Shown piece by piece: positions 37,180 through 46,682 of a DNA stretch of 64,000 bases. The notes under the pieces were generated by a model. That model did no database searches and was not told where the DNA came from. It saw nothing but the letters and a program-made list of their open reading frames with translations. Source of the stretch: an uncultured virus (IMG/VR IMGVR_UViG_3300031949_000026) (taxonomy: Duplodnaviria > Heunggongvirae > Uroviricota > Caudoviricetes); IMG/VR virus record IMGVR_UViG_3300031949_000026, one strand, 5' to 3'. How positions within the stretch are numbered: position 1 is the first letter of the stretch; each line of letters starts with the position of its first letter. The translations under genes were made by a program, and so were the position numbers.

Positions 37180-37602
37180 ATGGGACGAAGGCGCAAGACG
37201 ACCATCGGGAGCGGCGGAGCCGCCGAATGCGTCAACACGACGGACCATTGGATTTTCCGGGGAGACCCGCGCGAGGCGGCGAAGACCTGGAAGCCGGGCC
37301 CGCCGGGCTCGGATCGGGAGACGTGGTTCTCGATGGACTACGACGACCGTCTACGCTTCTCCGTGCTGGTCGATCCGTGGGCCTTGACCCGCATGAGGGG
37401 GCGCGCGAAGCCGGGCGTTGCTCATGTCGGCAGGTCCCCCTTCCCGTGGTGGATGATCGCCCTCATCACGGGGCACTCAAAAGGCTGCTTGGAGCGTCGG
37501 CCCTGCCGCCTGATCCTGCTTTGCCGGATCAAAAAGGAATGGTACGACCTGAATCGGGAGGTCCTGGGAAAGGTCGAAGAGGAAGGAGCGGATGCCGAAT
37601 GA
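37180..37602 (+). CDS. hypothetical protein
   Basis: ORF following a GC hairpin at about 37108-37140. Confidence 0.45.
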   Translation: MGRRRKTTIGSGGAAECVNTTDHWIFRGDPREAAKTWKPGPPGSDRETWFSMDYDDRLRFSVLVDPWALTRMRGRAKPGVAHVGRSPFPWWMIALITGHSKGCLERRPCRLILLCRIKKEWYDLNREVLGKVEEEGADAE

Positions 37603-37831
37603 GAAGGGAGAGGAAAACCCTGCGGCAGAAGCTCAAGAGCGCCCACGAGTGGCTCTTCGAGATCGACGCTCTCGTGGAAATGGTCGAGGAGGAGCAGAAG
37701 GCTCCATCGTTCCATCCGAGACGCTGGGATGAAGTGGCATACGACATCCGGCTCGCTCGGCAGGTCCTCGGGAGGGCGCAGAGCCACGCCCGCGCGCTCG
37801 CCCGTGAAGGGTTGAAGAAGAAGGGGCTGCG

Positions 37832-38059
37832 GTGATGGCTCTCTTCTGGAAGTCCTGCTCGGTCTGCCGCCGGGACATTGACTGGCACAAGGTCGAGAAG
37901 GTCAGGCTTCTTGCGGAGTTCTTCGGGCAGGTCGCTTATGGGATTTGCGTCTGCGGGATGGAAGTCGAGAATCCGAAGGACCCGAACTACCGGCGGCGCG
38001 TGAGAAGGTGGAAAAAGGCCCAAAACGAGGCCCGGAAGAGGGCTAATTCCGCCCTGTAA
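37832..38059 (+). CDS. small zinc-binding protein
   Basis: CSVC...CVCG. Confidence 0.5.
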   Translation: MMALFWKSCSVCRRDIDWHKVEKVRLLAEFFGQVAYGICVCGMEVENPKDPNYRRRVRRWKKAQNEARKRANSAL

Positions 38060-38106
38060 CCAGGGGTATTTCGAGGAAACAAGGGTCCAATTAGGAGCCA
38101 AAAGCC

Positions 38107-38331
38107 ATGAGCCAGAGGAAACAGGCTGGGATCGTGGTTCTGGAGTATATCCAGGTCAAGTCCGGCGGCAGCCAGGGGGACGCGCCGGTCTACAAGGTCT
38201 CGCAACTCAAGAACACCGTCGAATGGTCGATCGGTCAGGTCCTCTCGAAGCCGGAGGTCGTCGCGATCATCAAGCGGCCGGACCCGCGCTCGGTCGAGGT
38301 CATCATCAAGGGCCTGGAGTTCGAGGGCTAG
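38107..38331 (+). CDS. small protein, NTVEW family copy 2
   Basis: NTVEWSIGQVLSK...VEVIIKG. Confidence 0.6.
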   Translation: MSQRKQAGIVVLEYIQVKSGGSQGDAPVYKVSQLKNTVEWSIGQVLSKPEVVAIIKRPDPRSVEVIIKGLEFEG

Positions 38332-38336
38332 AAGGG

Positions 38337-38828
38337 ATGAGGTGCTCGCAGAGAGACCGGGAACGCTTCTGGGGCAAGGTCAAGGTCGATCGCGCGACCG
38401 GCTGCTGGGTCTGGACCGCCTCGGCCCGAACCTGGAGCCGCGAGCCCTGGGACGGCGGCTATGGAGCCTTCTGGTTAAACGGGAAGGTTGTCCGCGCCCA
38501 CGTCTTCGCCTATCGGCTTCTCTTCGGCACGGTGCCGCGGGGGAAGGTCCTGCTTCACGGCTGCGACCATCGGCGCTGTGTCAACGTTCTTGAGCACGTC
38601 CGGCCCGGAACCCAGATTGAAAACGTTCGTGAAATGATCGCGCGCGGAAGGCACAATCAACAAAGGAGACGGCATGGGAAGGTACAACGAAACGACGGCC
38701 CGGGTCCTGGAGTTCCTGTCGGAGAGACCGGCGACAACGGACGAGATCGCGAGAAAGCTCGGGTGCTCCCGCTCGAATGCGACGGCGATTCTCCTCAAGC
38801 TCCAGAAGTTCGGACGGATCGACCGTAA
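38337..38828 (+). CDS. HNH homing-type endonuclease
   Basis: RFWGKV..GCWVW, GYG, RAHVFAY, HGCDHRRCVN..H..GT..EN. Confidence 0.85.
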   Translation: MRCSQRDRERFWGKVKVDRATGCWVWTASARTWSREPWDGGYGAFWLNGKVVRAHVFAYRLLFGTVPRGKVLLHGCDHRRCVNVLEHVRPGTQIENVREMIARGRHNQQRRRHGKVQRNDGPGPGVPVGETGDNGRDREKARVLPLECDGDSPQAPEVRTDRP

Positions 38829-38970
38829 GCAGGCCAAGCGAGGGGAGGTCGTCATCCGCGCGACGAACCCCCCGGTTGTGCGCGCGAATCTCGTCTACGT
38901 CTATTCGATCACGGCCTCCGGAAGGGACCGGCTGGGTAGAATCTCTGTGGAGAAAGTGGAGGAGGAGTAG
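38674..38970 (+). CDS. winged helix-turn-helix protein
   Basis: VLEFL...TTDEIARKLGCSRSNATAILLKL...YSITASG. Confidence 0.75.
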   Translation: MGRYNETTARVLEFLSERPATTDEIARKLGCSRSNATAILLKLQKFGRIDRKQAKRGEVVIRATNPPVVRANLVYVYSITASGRDRLGRISVEKVEEE

Positions 38971-40125
38971 ATGCCGATCAAAGCGTTCAAGGAGGAGAAC
39001 CCCGCGGTCCAGAAGATCGCGGACATGCTGGCCGGTGCCTTCAACAAGGTCGAGGCGAAGATCCACGGAGACCTCCAAGCCGCCTACCGCAGGTACGCCC
39101 TCCTCCAGCACAAGGCGCTCATGAAGGCCGCCGAGGACCCGCAAAACAAAGGCCGGATCGTCCAGTACGTCGGCATCGTTCCTCGCTGGCATGACTGGCA
39201 TGAATCGACGGTGCTCGATCAGAAGGCGTTGGTTCGTCACGGGGGAGCCCCTCCCGCGCACATCAACACCTGGGAGCAGCTTCGGGAGTGGGCTTACTTC
39301 ATGAAAGTGGACTACTACATCGCGGACAAGAAGGCGAAGGACGCCTTCGAGAGCGCCCGCGACTCCTTCATCCACAAGAACGTCGCCAAGATGAGGAACG
39401 TCCTCGGCGCTCGCCGGGAGATCAAGCAGGCGGTCGTCTTCTTCGAGTTCAAGGGAAACGGGGTCTTCGAGGGAAATCTCCAGGTCTACTTTCCCAACGG
39501 CGACTACTTCCGGGCCGAGGTCGGTCTCAAGTACGTCGTCCGGACGATTCCGCGGATCACGCCCTACCTCCAGTACCCGCTTGTCTTCACGGAGGCCGAG
39601 GTCGGCAGGAAGCACCACCTCCACCCGAGCGAAGAGGAGCTTCGGATGCTCATGGGGGCGACGAAGAGCCGGGCGGCGGAGAAGGCGGAGATAGAGGCCG
39701 CCGCCGGGGTCTGTCCCATGAGCGGCCAGCCGGTCCCCGAGGCGCTCTGGCGTCCGGTCGCAAGCCGGATGTCCCCCTACGTCAGGTGCCCGGCGTGCGG
39801 AGTGGGCGTGAGCGCCTCGCGCGGGACCTTCCGGAAGCACAAGACCCCGGCGGCGGAGCGGGCAGGGGCGGCCCGGAAGCTTGAAACCGCCGGATACTGC
39901 CCCAGGAGCCGGGAGAGGGTTCCGCAGCCGATCATCGACAAGATGGGTCCGGTTGAGCCTTACAAGGACCCGAAAGCTCTCTGCGAAACCTGCGGACAGA
40001 TGGTAAGGCTTGACGCCCGGAGAGACTGGATTCCGGAGCCCGGCGGCGGCTACCCGAAGCTCATGAAGGTCAAGTCCGCGATATATTATAAGCACAAGCT
40101 CCAGAGCGCCGGAGGCCGCGGCTAG
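38971..40125 (+). CDS. hypothetical protein with two C-terminal Cys-rich repeats
   Basis: GVCPMSGQPVP..CPAC and GYCPRSRERVP..CETC; last + strand gene. Confidence 0.7.
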   Translation: MPIKAFKEENPAVQKIADMLAGAFNKVEAKIHGDLQAAYRRYALLQHKALMKAAEDPQNKGRIVQYVGIVPRWHDWHESTVLDQKALVRHGGAPPAHINTWEQLREWAYFMKVDYYIADKKAKDAFESARDSFIHKNVAKMRNVLGARREIKQAVVFFEFKGNGVFEGNLQVYFPNGDYFRAEVGLKYVVRTIPRITPYLQYPLVFTEAEVGRKHHLHPSEEELRMLMGATKSRAAEKAEIEAAAGVCPMSGQPVPEALWRPVASRMSPYVRCPACGVGVSASRGTFRKHKTPAAERAGAARKLETAGYCPRSRERVPQPIIDKMGPVEPYKDPKALCETCGQMVRLDARRDWIPEPGGGYPKLMKVKSAIYYKHKLQSAGGRG

Positions 40126-40144
40126 ACCGCATCTGCGCGAAGCT

Positions 40145-40705
40145 TCACGGCTTGAGCTTGAGCTTAATCTCTTCGAGCGTCCGGAGATTGTACTTGAGCC
40201 CGCGGAACCCCAGGACGCGCCGGGCGATCCGGTTCGCCTCTTCCTCGACGTGTGGATGCCACGTCAGGTGGAACTCGTGTTCGGGGAAACGCGCTTGGAT
40301 CGCGACGATGTGACCGAGTTCGTGCGCGGAGATGCCGAGGACTTCCCCGTCCGTCAATTCGTCGTCGGAAGCTTCCGTAAAACAGACCGTGTACACGCCC
40401 AGATGTCCCGAGTGCGCGAAGTAGCGCCACTTCTGCTTGTGGTAGACGTCCGCGAGGGTGCAGAAGACCGGCTTTACTTCCGAGAGCCACGGGACTTTGA
40501 GCGCCGCGTAGTCCCGCGCGATCCGGAAGAGGGTTCCGGTCCGGGAACGCCTTGGAATCGGGCTGTGCTCACGGCTCGCCACGGCTTCGTCGCGACGAAG
40601 ACGGCCACTTCCCGCTGCAACTCCTCGGCCAGCGAAAGCGCCGCTCCCTCGGCCTCCTTCTGATCGTCGTACCGGATCGGTTCTCCCGGAGGCCCGTAGG
40701 CCCAC
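40145..40705 (-). CDS. HExxH zinc metallopeptidase-like protein (start uncertain)
   Basis: GISAHELGHI...VEEEANRIA; 5' part overlaps 40474-40782. Confidence 0.55.
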   Translation of the reverse strand: MGLRASGRTDPVRRSEGGRGSGAFAGRGVAAGSGRLRRDEAVASREHSPIPRRSRTGTLFRIARDYAALKVPWLSEVKPVFCTLADVYHKQKWRYFAHSGHLGVYTVCFTEASDDELTDGEVLGISAHELGHIVAIQARFPEHEFHLTWHPHVEEEANRIARRVLGFRGLKYNLRTLEEIKLKLKP

Positions 40706-40782
40706 ATCTCGCCCCCCTGCGTGTCCGGCCCGACGAGGACGAGGTGGAACCCGGGAGAGGGGGTCTTCTCTTTAGGAGGCAT
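40474..40782 (-). CDS. hypothetical protein
   Basis: overlaps stop of upstream gene. Confidence 0.5.
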   Translation of the reverse strand: MPPKEKTPSPGFHLVLVGPDTQGGEMWAYGPPGEPIRYDDQKEAEGAALSLAEELQREVAVFVATKPWRAVSTARFQGVPGPEPSSGSRGTTRRSKSRGSRK

Positions 40783-41332
40783 CGCCCTGGACGCTCCTCG
40801 CCTTGGGCTTGAGCGGGGACGCTCCGCGTTCGACGGACTCCCGGATCGCCTTCATGTGGCTTTCGATCTTCTCCAGGTAGCCGTCCTGGACCTGCCGGTT
40901 GGCGACCTCGACGACCGGCTTCATCTGGTCCACGAGGTCTTTGAGGTCCTTCACGACCGGCACGAACTCTTCCTTGAGGTCGATCATCGCGTTCGCCGTC
41001 TGGGTCCCGAGTTCGAGGCTTTCGCGGCCCATGTCGATCGACAAGATGAAGTTGGCCCGCTGCTCCAGGAAGAGCGGCGTCGTGAAGCCGGTCGCGAACA
41101 TGCCGATCACGATCTGAAAGATGATCGTCGTCCAGCCGACGATCTTGTGGACGTCGTTGTCCACGATGAGGAGCGCGACGGTCCCGCCGATCGAAACGAG
41201 GACAAAAAGCGCGATGAAGCTGCACGCGATCCAGATTCGCCGTGTCCGGCGCTCGTGCTCCTCGGGGGTGGGGATGTGCCGGGTCTGCCTCACCGGGCGA
41301 ATCTTCCCCGACTGGTCGAGCGGGTCGCTCAT
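40772..41332 (-). CDS. two-TM membrane protein with coiled-coil tail
   Basis: two hydrophobic helices; ATGA coupling. Confidence 0.7.
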   Translation of the reverse strand: MSDPLDQSGKIRPVRQTRHIPTPEEHERRTRRIWIACSFIALFVLVSIGGTVALLIVDNDVHKIVGWTTIIFQIVIGMFATGFTTPLFLEQRANFILSIDMGRESLELGTQTANAMIDLKEEFVPVVKDLKDLVDQMKPVVEVANRQVQDGYLEKIESHMKAIRESVERGASPLKPKARSVQGDAS

Positions 41333-41676
41333 TCGACTTCTTCCTCTTTCTCGACGTTCTCCTGCTCCCAGGTCTCCAGGAAGTCTCCCCACAAGCCGAT
41401 GAGGAACTCGCCCTTCTGGGTGTCGTACATGATCGTCGTGACGTAGGGGTCCCCCATGTTGACGTAATCAAGGATGTTGTTGTACCAGTAGCGGTCCACC
41501 CAAGCCCCTTCCGGCTGGAGGGCCTCGACGCCGAAGCCGCCGATAATCCGGCTCGCCTCTTCGAGAGCAGAACTTACATCCTCTGGACGATCGACCGCCG
41601 CGAGGATGGAGGCGATCTTCCTCGCGTCCTCGCCCGAGACCTTCGGGAAAGCTTCGAGAATCTCCGGCACCTTCAT
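41329..41676 (-). CDS. conserved phage protein
   Basis: GFGVE...YVNMGDPYVTTIMYD; AGGAGG RBS. Confidence 0.65.
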   Translation of the reverse strand: MKVPEILEAFPKVSGEDARKIASILAAVDRPEDVSSALEEASRIIGGFGVEALQPEGAWVDRYWYNNILDYVNMGDPYVTTIMYDTQKGEFLIGLWGDFLETWEQENVEKEEEVE

Positions 41677-41689
41677 GGGCGGCCTCCTG

Positions 41690-42004
41690 CTACGCGCGGC
41701 TCGTGTAGTTCCCGTAAGGCTCGTAGTGGTCCTCGAAGCCAAACTCCATCTTGACCTCGGGAGCCCCCGGCGGCTGAAACGGATGCTCCGCGCCGCCCTT
41801 GTTGAAGGGCATGTTGAGTTCCCGGCCGATCTGCGGATCGAAGATCACGACCCGAAGCTGGTTGCGGTCCACATCGTTGAGCACGCGCCGGATCTCGACG
41901 ACGTTCCCGGTCTCCTTGTGCTTCCAGTAGCGGACGATCCGGATCGACTGCTTGTAGGTCTGCCCCGGGCGATTCTTGACGAAGACGTAGGGTGCGTCGG
42001 CCAT
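41690..42004 (-). CDS. hypothetical protein
   Basis: AAGGAGG RBS. Confidence 0.55.
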   Translation of the reverse strand: MADAPYVFVKNRPGQTYKQSIRIVRYWKHKETGNVVEIRRVLNDVDRNQLRVVIFDPQIGRELNMPFNKGGAEHPFQPPGAPEVKMEFGFEDHYEPYGNYTSRA

Positions 42005-42005
42005 G

Positions 42006-42332
42006 TCATGCCTCCTTCTTCTTCTCTTCGACCTCTTCAGGTAGCGGCCCCTTCTGCGGAAAGTCCAGGTATCCCGGGGACCCGGGGAACCCGAACGGCG
42101 GATCGTGCCGGACGCCCGCATAGGTGCTCGAAATGACAATGCGGCACATCTGGCAGTAGTGGAGACCCATGTACTCGGCGTCTCCCTCCACCTCTCCGCA
42201 ACGATAGCATGGATAATGGACCGGCGCAAGACCCTGGCGGAAAGCCCTGCCGATCAGGAGGGCCACGACGAGGGCGGCGAGACCACCCGCGATGACGGAA
42301 ACGACGACGGCCAGAACGATCGGCACGTTCAT
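42006..42332 (-). CDS. membrane-anchored zinc-finger protein
   Basis: N-terminal TM; CYRC...CQMC. Confidence 0.6.
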   Translation of the reverse strand: MNVPIVLAVVVSVIAGGLAALVVALLIGRAFRQGLAPVHYPCYRCGEVEGDAEYMGLHYCQMCRIVISSTYAGVRHDPPFGFPGSPGYLDFPQKGPLPEEVEEKKKEA

Positions 42333-42361
42333 TTCACGTTCATTTTGTGTTTATTTCGTGT

Positions 42362-42676
42362 TTATTTAAAGAAGAAGTTCTTGACGAAGCTCGCGATGGA
42401 GAGCACCCAGAGCCAAGGGGAGATCGCTTCTCGGACCGCTTTGACCGGCGCGGCTTCTCCGGCCGCCTTCATGCTCGCGAAGGCTCCCTCGTCCTGCCCC
42501 ATCCCGGAGGCGGCACGGGCGATCCGCGGGCGGCGAGGTCCCTTCCAGCGGACGACCGCTCCCCAGACGATCCGGCAGGCGGCCTCTCGGGAATGCCCCG
42601 CGCGCAGGAGGGTCTCGATCTTGCGACGAACGACTTCCGCCTCTTCGCGGGACAGGGGGATGCCTGGAGCGGACAT
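42362..42676 (-). CDS. small membrane protein with SGMGQ motif
   Basis: ASGMGQD; C-terminal SPWLWVLSIASF. Confidence 0.6.
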   Translation of the reverse strand: MSAPGIPLSREEAEVVRRKIETLLRAGHSREAACRIVWGAVVRWKGPRRPRIARAASGMGQDEGAFASMKAAGEAAPVKAVREAISPWLWVLSIASFVKNFFFK

Positions 42677-43131
42677 TAGAACTTCTCCTTCACGTAGAAG
42701 GGCGCTCCCCACGGCTCGGACTGGAGGACCTGAGTCTGCGCCTCCATCGGAACCTGCCCCGGCGGGCAGGCCCAGAAGACGCGGACCGAGGGGAAGCCTT
42801 TCGTCTTTTCGACCTCCATGACGTTCCAACCCCGGTTCCGGTAGTCCTCAAGCTGCTGATAAAGCACGGTCTCGTTCCCGGGGATCTCTTGGATGCGGAT
42901 GCAGCGCTCCCCCGAGACCTGAAGCCGGGGCGGAATCGTCGGATCAAGATCACGCCGAAGGCTTCGGGTTTGGTGGACCTTCCCGAGCCCGGACTCCTTC
43001 GCGGAGAAGACCCGATCGGCCGCGCGCCGCACGAGCTTCCCGGCGATCGCCGGATGCCAGCCGACCCAGACGAGGGCGCGCTGCATGTCGATCAGAGCCC
43101 GGTGTTCGGACTTGGTGAGCGGTCTCGGCAC
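42676..43131 (-). CDS. hypothetical protein with SGLG motif
   Basis: ESGLGK. Confidence 0.6.
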   Translation of the reverse strand: MPRPLTKSEHRALIDMQRALVWVGWHPAIAGKLVRRAADRVFSAKESGLGKVHQTRSLRRDLDPTIPPRLQVSGERCIRIQEIPGNETVLYQQLEDYRNRGWNVMEVEKTKGFPSVRVFWACPPGQVPMEAQTQVLQSEPWGAPFYVKEKF

Positions 43132-43134
43132 GGG

Positions 43135-43584
43135 CTACTTTCCCCCCTCCTCCTTGACGGGCTCCTCTTCCTCGTCGCCTTCCTCTTCTTCTTCTTCTTC
43201 CTCGTCCTCTTCTTCCTCTTCCCCTTCCTCGTCCTCCCCGGAAACCTGTGCTTCCAGTTCGTCGAGGTCCTTCTCGTACTCCTCCTGGTCGTCGTAAAAA
43301 TCCACAGCAACGAAGCCCTGGTCGTTCTCGGTGACGATCGCGCCGTGGGATTCCTTGATGAGATCGCACTCCTCCGGGGTGAGTTCGTCCCCGTCTTCCT
43401 TCGCGACCCGCTCGATCTCAGGGAGCGCCTCGGGTCCCAGAGGGATGCCCTCGGCGGCGAAGCCGACCTCGCTCACGTCCCCGATCGTCCCTTCGCCCAT
43501 GCCCTCCATCGTGAGGTCGTAGACGTAGCTGTCGATGATCGTGTTGAACTTCCCAGGGCCGTAGCGCCTGATTCCCCTCGACAT
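43135..43584 (-). CDS. highly acidic protein with poly-Glu tail
   Basis: PGKF N-terminus; long E/D tract. Confidence 0.7.
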   Translation of the reverse strand: MSRGIRRYGPGKFNTIIDSYVYDLTMEGMGEGTIGDVSEVGFAAEGIPLGPEALPEIERVAKEDGDELTPEECDLIKESHGAIVTENDQGFVAVDFYDDQEEYEKDLDELEAQVSGEDEEGEEEEEDEEEEEEEEGDEEEEPVKEEGGK

Positions 43585-43585
43585 G

Positions 43586-43804
43586 CTACCTCCGCTTCTT
43601 GACCGTGTTGAGGACCGCCCGCGCACCGACCTGGATCGCGCGCGGCTTGGGCATCTTATCGTCCTTGTGCAGGTGGACCGCGTACTCCGCGGCGACCCGG
43701 ATCGCGCGGTGAAGGCCCTTGCCGATCGAGCGGGCGGCCTTTTTTCCCGCGTTGAGGACCTGCTGTTGGGCGCTCTTGATGCGTCCGGGAGGAATCTTCT
43801 TCAT
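43586..43804 (-). CDS. small basic protein
   Basis: K/R-rich; AAGGAG RBS; ATGA coupling. Confidence 0.55.
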   Translation of the reverse strand: MKKIPPGRIKSAQQQVLNAGKKAARSIGKGLHRAIRVAAEYAVHLHKDDKMPKPRAIQVGARAVLNTVKKRR

Positions 43805-45132
43805 GGTACGGCTCCTTCCTTGGCCTTGACCTTCCTCGTCAGGTCGAAGACGACATCGGCCCACGCCGAGGCGTTCGTGGAGCCCATGCAGCGATTCTTG
43901 CAGACCCACGCGATCGACGCCTTGCCGATCGCATCACGCTCCTCCCGGGTCTTCAAGATCATGCGTTCGAGCGCGCCCTCCCACTCGTCGTCCCGGACGA
44001 GTTCGGCGGGCAACCCGGCCTCGACGACCGCAGAGTATTCGCCCACGGGAGAAAGAAGCATCGGGTATCCCGCGGAGGCGTACTCGATCGCCTTGATCGC
44101 GCTCTTTGATGCGTTGAAGGGATTCTCTTCGAGAGGCGCAATCGCGAAGTCGGCGGCGATCCCGGCGAGCTTGTCGTGGTACGCCTCGAAGTCCACCGGG
44201 TCCTGGAGGTCGATCCAGTCGTAGCAGCCCGAAAGCGCCTCGGGCAGCCGCTCCCCGAAGCAGGTGAAGCGGACCTTCCCGGGACGCCTCTGGAGGACCC
44301 GCTGGAGCGCCGGGGCGACGATCGCGAGGTCCCGCTTGTGGGTCGGGCTTCCGGCCCAGAGGATTCTCGTGAAGGCCGGATTCGGAGGATGACGGCGCGG
44401 AGCGACGTTCGCCGTCATCATGTTCGGCAGAACCCGGACGGCTCCCCCGCCGACCTTGTAGTTCTTCGCGATGAAGTTCGCCAGGGGAGCCGTCGAGACC
44501 GTCACGAGATCCGCGAGTCCGATCATCTCCCTGATCTCGGTCTGCTTCTCCGGAGTCCCGTAGACCGAGATCGCTTGGTTCTCCAGGGGGATCGCGTCGA
44601 GCCGGTCGTCGATGTCGTAGACGATCTTGAGGCCCTGTTCCTTCGCCTTCCGGACGATCTCGATCAGGACTGGGGCGGTGATAAGCTGAATCCAGAGGAT
44701 GTCGTAGCGGACGGCCTTGTAGAGGTCCAGATTCATCGTGAAATGCGCGACGACTTTCCCGGTCTCGCGCATGAGGTCCGAGGGGATCATCGCCCGGTAG
44801 AATCCGCTCGCCGCCGCGCCCGCAGGGACGAAGAGGACTTTGGGGATCTCGGTTCGCCCGAAGATCATCTGCGTGAAGATGTCCTCTGCATCATGGCGAA
44901 TTTCCAGAACGTCTTGCACGGACCGGAGCATCCTGGGTCTGATAGAGAGGATCTTCGCGACTTCTTCGGCCTGCTTGAAGACGTCGAACGGGAAGACGGA
45001 GGATCTCTTCTCATAGGTGATCCGAATCCCATCGTCCGTCTCCTGAACCTTGAGATCGTCCGCGTGCTTCCCGCACCACAGACGAACCGCGGCTTCCGGA
45101 ACGCTCCGGATCATGTCAACGATCGTCGTCAT
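43801..45132 (-). CDS. GT-B glycosyltransferase
   Basis: ASGFYR, VYDIDD, ADLVTVST, WAGSPTH, IAPLEENPFNASKSAIKAIEY. Confidence 0.85.
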   Translation of the reverse strand: MTTIVDMIRSVPEAAVRLWCGKHADDLKVQETDDGIRITYEKRSSVFPFDVFKQAEEVAKILSIRPRMLRSVQDVLEIRHDAEDIFTQMIFGRTEIPKVLFVPAGAAASGFYRAMIPSDLMRETGKVVAHFTMNLDLYKAVRYDILWIQLITAPVLIEIVRKAKEQGLKIVYDIDDRLDAIPLENQAISVYGTPEKQTEIREMIGLADLVTVSTAPLANFIAKNYKVGGGAVRVLPNMMTANVAPRRHPPNPAFTRILWAGSPTHKRDLAIVAPALQRVLQRRPGKVRFTCFGERLPEALSGCYDWIDLQDPVDFEAYHDKLAGIAADFAIAPLEENPFNASKSAIKAIEYASAGYPMLLSPVGEYSAVVEAGLPAELVRDDEWEGALERMILKTREERDAIGKASIAWVCKNRCMGSTNASAWADVVFDLTRKVKAKEGAVP

Positions 45133-45184
45133 CTTCGTTCTCCCCTTTCGGCCTCAAAAGGCCCCTTCGAGAGCTATTCCTTCC

Positions 45185-45580
45185 TTACAACGGAAACCCG
45201 TGAATCATCCCGTCGTCGCCCACGAGAAGATCGAAGGACCCGTAGACGTGCGCGGCATCCGAGAGTCGGCCCCCGGCGGGCTCCGGCCAGTCGCCGTCCC
45301 AGAAGCCCGCGCCGTGGCCGTTCCGGGTGAGCCAGAAGTCGTGACCGGCGCGACCGGGGTCGCTCTTGATGTCGTCCCAATGCGCGCCCTGAAACGCCTT
45401 CGCGTCCGCGACCATCTTCTCCAGGGTTTCGGGCGCGATGTCGGAGACGTCGTAGTGGTCGTCGAGGGGACGGCCGCCGCTCTCGTCGGACTCGTCCATC
45501 GACGACCACAGGGCCGTCTCGATGTACTGTTGGGTGAACTCGTCGAGCTTGTGCTTGTGCTTGTGAATGTTAACGGGCAT
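45185..45580 (-). CDS. conserved phage protein
   Basis: YIETALWS...AGHDFWLTRNGHGAGFWD. Confidence 0.7.
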   Translation of the reverse strand: MPVNIHKHKHKLDEFTQQYIETALWSSMDESDESGGRPLDDHYDVSDIAPETLEKMVADAKAFQGAHWDDIKSDPGRAGHDFWLTRNGHGAGFWDGDWPEPAGGRLSDAAHVYGSFDLLVGDDGMIHGFPL

Positions 45581-46662
45581 TAGATCACCCCCGCCGCTTT
45601 CCCGATCCCGAGCGCCGCGAGGACGGCGATCGGAATCGCGAAGGCCCCGAACGGACTCTTGGGCTCCGGAATGTCCTTCACGCCTGCCTCCGCGTCGGCG
45701 TCGATCGACTTCTTCGCGGCGTCGATCTCCCCCTGCGACCGGCCTTCGGAACGCATCTGGAGTTCAATCTGCTTTTTCCGTTCCGCGGCTTCCAGAAGAA
45801 GCTCCCGGGCCGTCGCTGCCTTCGAGTTCTGGTCCGGGATAAGCCGGGAGACCGCCTGCGCCGCAACGACGGCCGCCGCAACGATCCCGACGATCCAAAT
45901 GATGATCGCGGCGAGGACGGGCATCGGATTTCCGAGTCCGGCTCCGGCGGGAGGGGCTTCCTGCGGAATCGGAACGACCTCCTGCGCCGCCTGGATGTAG
46001 AACCCGAGCCACAGAGGGTTGTCGGTCGCGTTGCTCGCGATCCCCGCGGCGGCGTACTTCTTCTCCGCGAGCGAAAGGATCGTCCGCTTCGTGTCCATGT
46101 AGTCCGGCGTGAGCGGGAAGACCGCGTTGTCGGTGTCCGTGATGAAGCGCCGGACCTGCGCGAGGGTCATGTCGATCGCGTTCGCGTCGTTCGAGGCTCC
46201 GGCCTTCGTGAGTTCGACCGAAATCGCCGTGAAAACCCGATCGAGCATACCGAGCGTCTGGACCTGCCGGGCGAGGATCTGAACGCCCTTCCGGGCCGTC
46301 GCCATCGCCATGTACGCCGGAAGGACCTTGGGGTTCGGGATCGAGCCCGCAAAGGGAATCGAGAGAGTCGGCGGCCCGAACTGCTTCACCGCGTCGTCAA
46401 GAAGGGCTTTCGCCTCCTTGTAGCCGGAGACGATCGAATTCCGGTCGCTGATCCCGCGGACCACCTCGTCGTTGAGCTTGTGAACGGCCGAGGTGAGTTG
46501 ATCGAGTTCCTTTCCCGCGATGAGACCGACGACGGCCTGCCGGAAGTCCCCGAGCCCACGGTAGCCTCTCATGCCGGAGGGGATGATGAGCGCCTCCTTC
46601 ACGCCGTGGACGAAGATACCCCGATAGATGGGTCTCCGCGCGACGAGGACGTGTTTGGGCAT
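45580..46662 (-). CDS. virion membrane protein candidate
   Basis: GMRGYRGLGD and GAGLGNP motifs; internal and C-terminal TM; AAGGAGG RBS. Confidence 0.65.
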   Translation of the reverse strand: MPKHVLVARRPIYRGIFVHGVKEALIIPSGMRGYRGLGDFRQAVVGLIAGKELDQLTSAVHKLNDEVVRGISDRNSIVSGYKEAKALLDDAVKQFGPPTLSIPFAGSIPNPKVLPAYMAMATARKGVQILARQVQTLGMLDRVFTAISVELTKAGASNDANAIDMTLAQVRRFITDTDNAVFPLTPDYMDTKRTILSLAEKKYAAAGIASNATDNPLWLGFYIQAAQEVVPIPQEAPPAGAGLGNPMPVLAAIIIWIVGIVAAAVVAAQAVSRLIPDQNSKAATARELLLEAAERKKQIELQMRSEGRSQGEIDAAKKSIDADAEAGVKDIPEPKSPFGAFAIPIAVLAALGIGKAAGVI

Positions 46663-46682
46663 GGCGCTCCTCCTTTCTTCCT

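Noticed and set aside
38337..38828. HNH as terminase-associated nuclease or intron ORF
   Set aside because: No terminase nearby and no interrupted gene evident; looks free-standing
43160..43240. Microsatellite-like TCC/TCT tract
   Set aside because: Explained by the poly-Glu coding sequence on the minus strand
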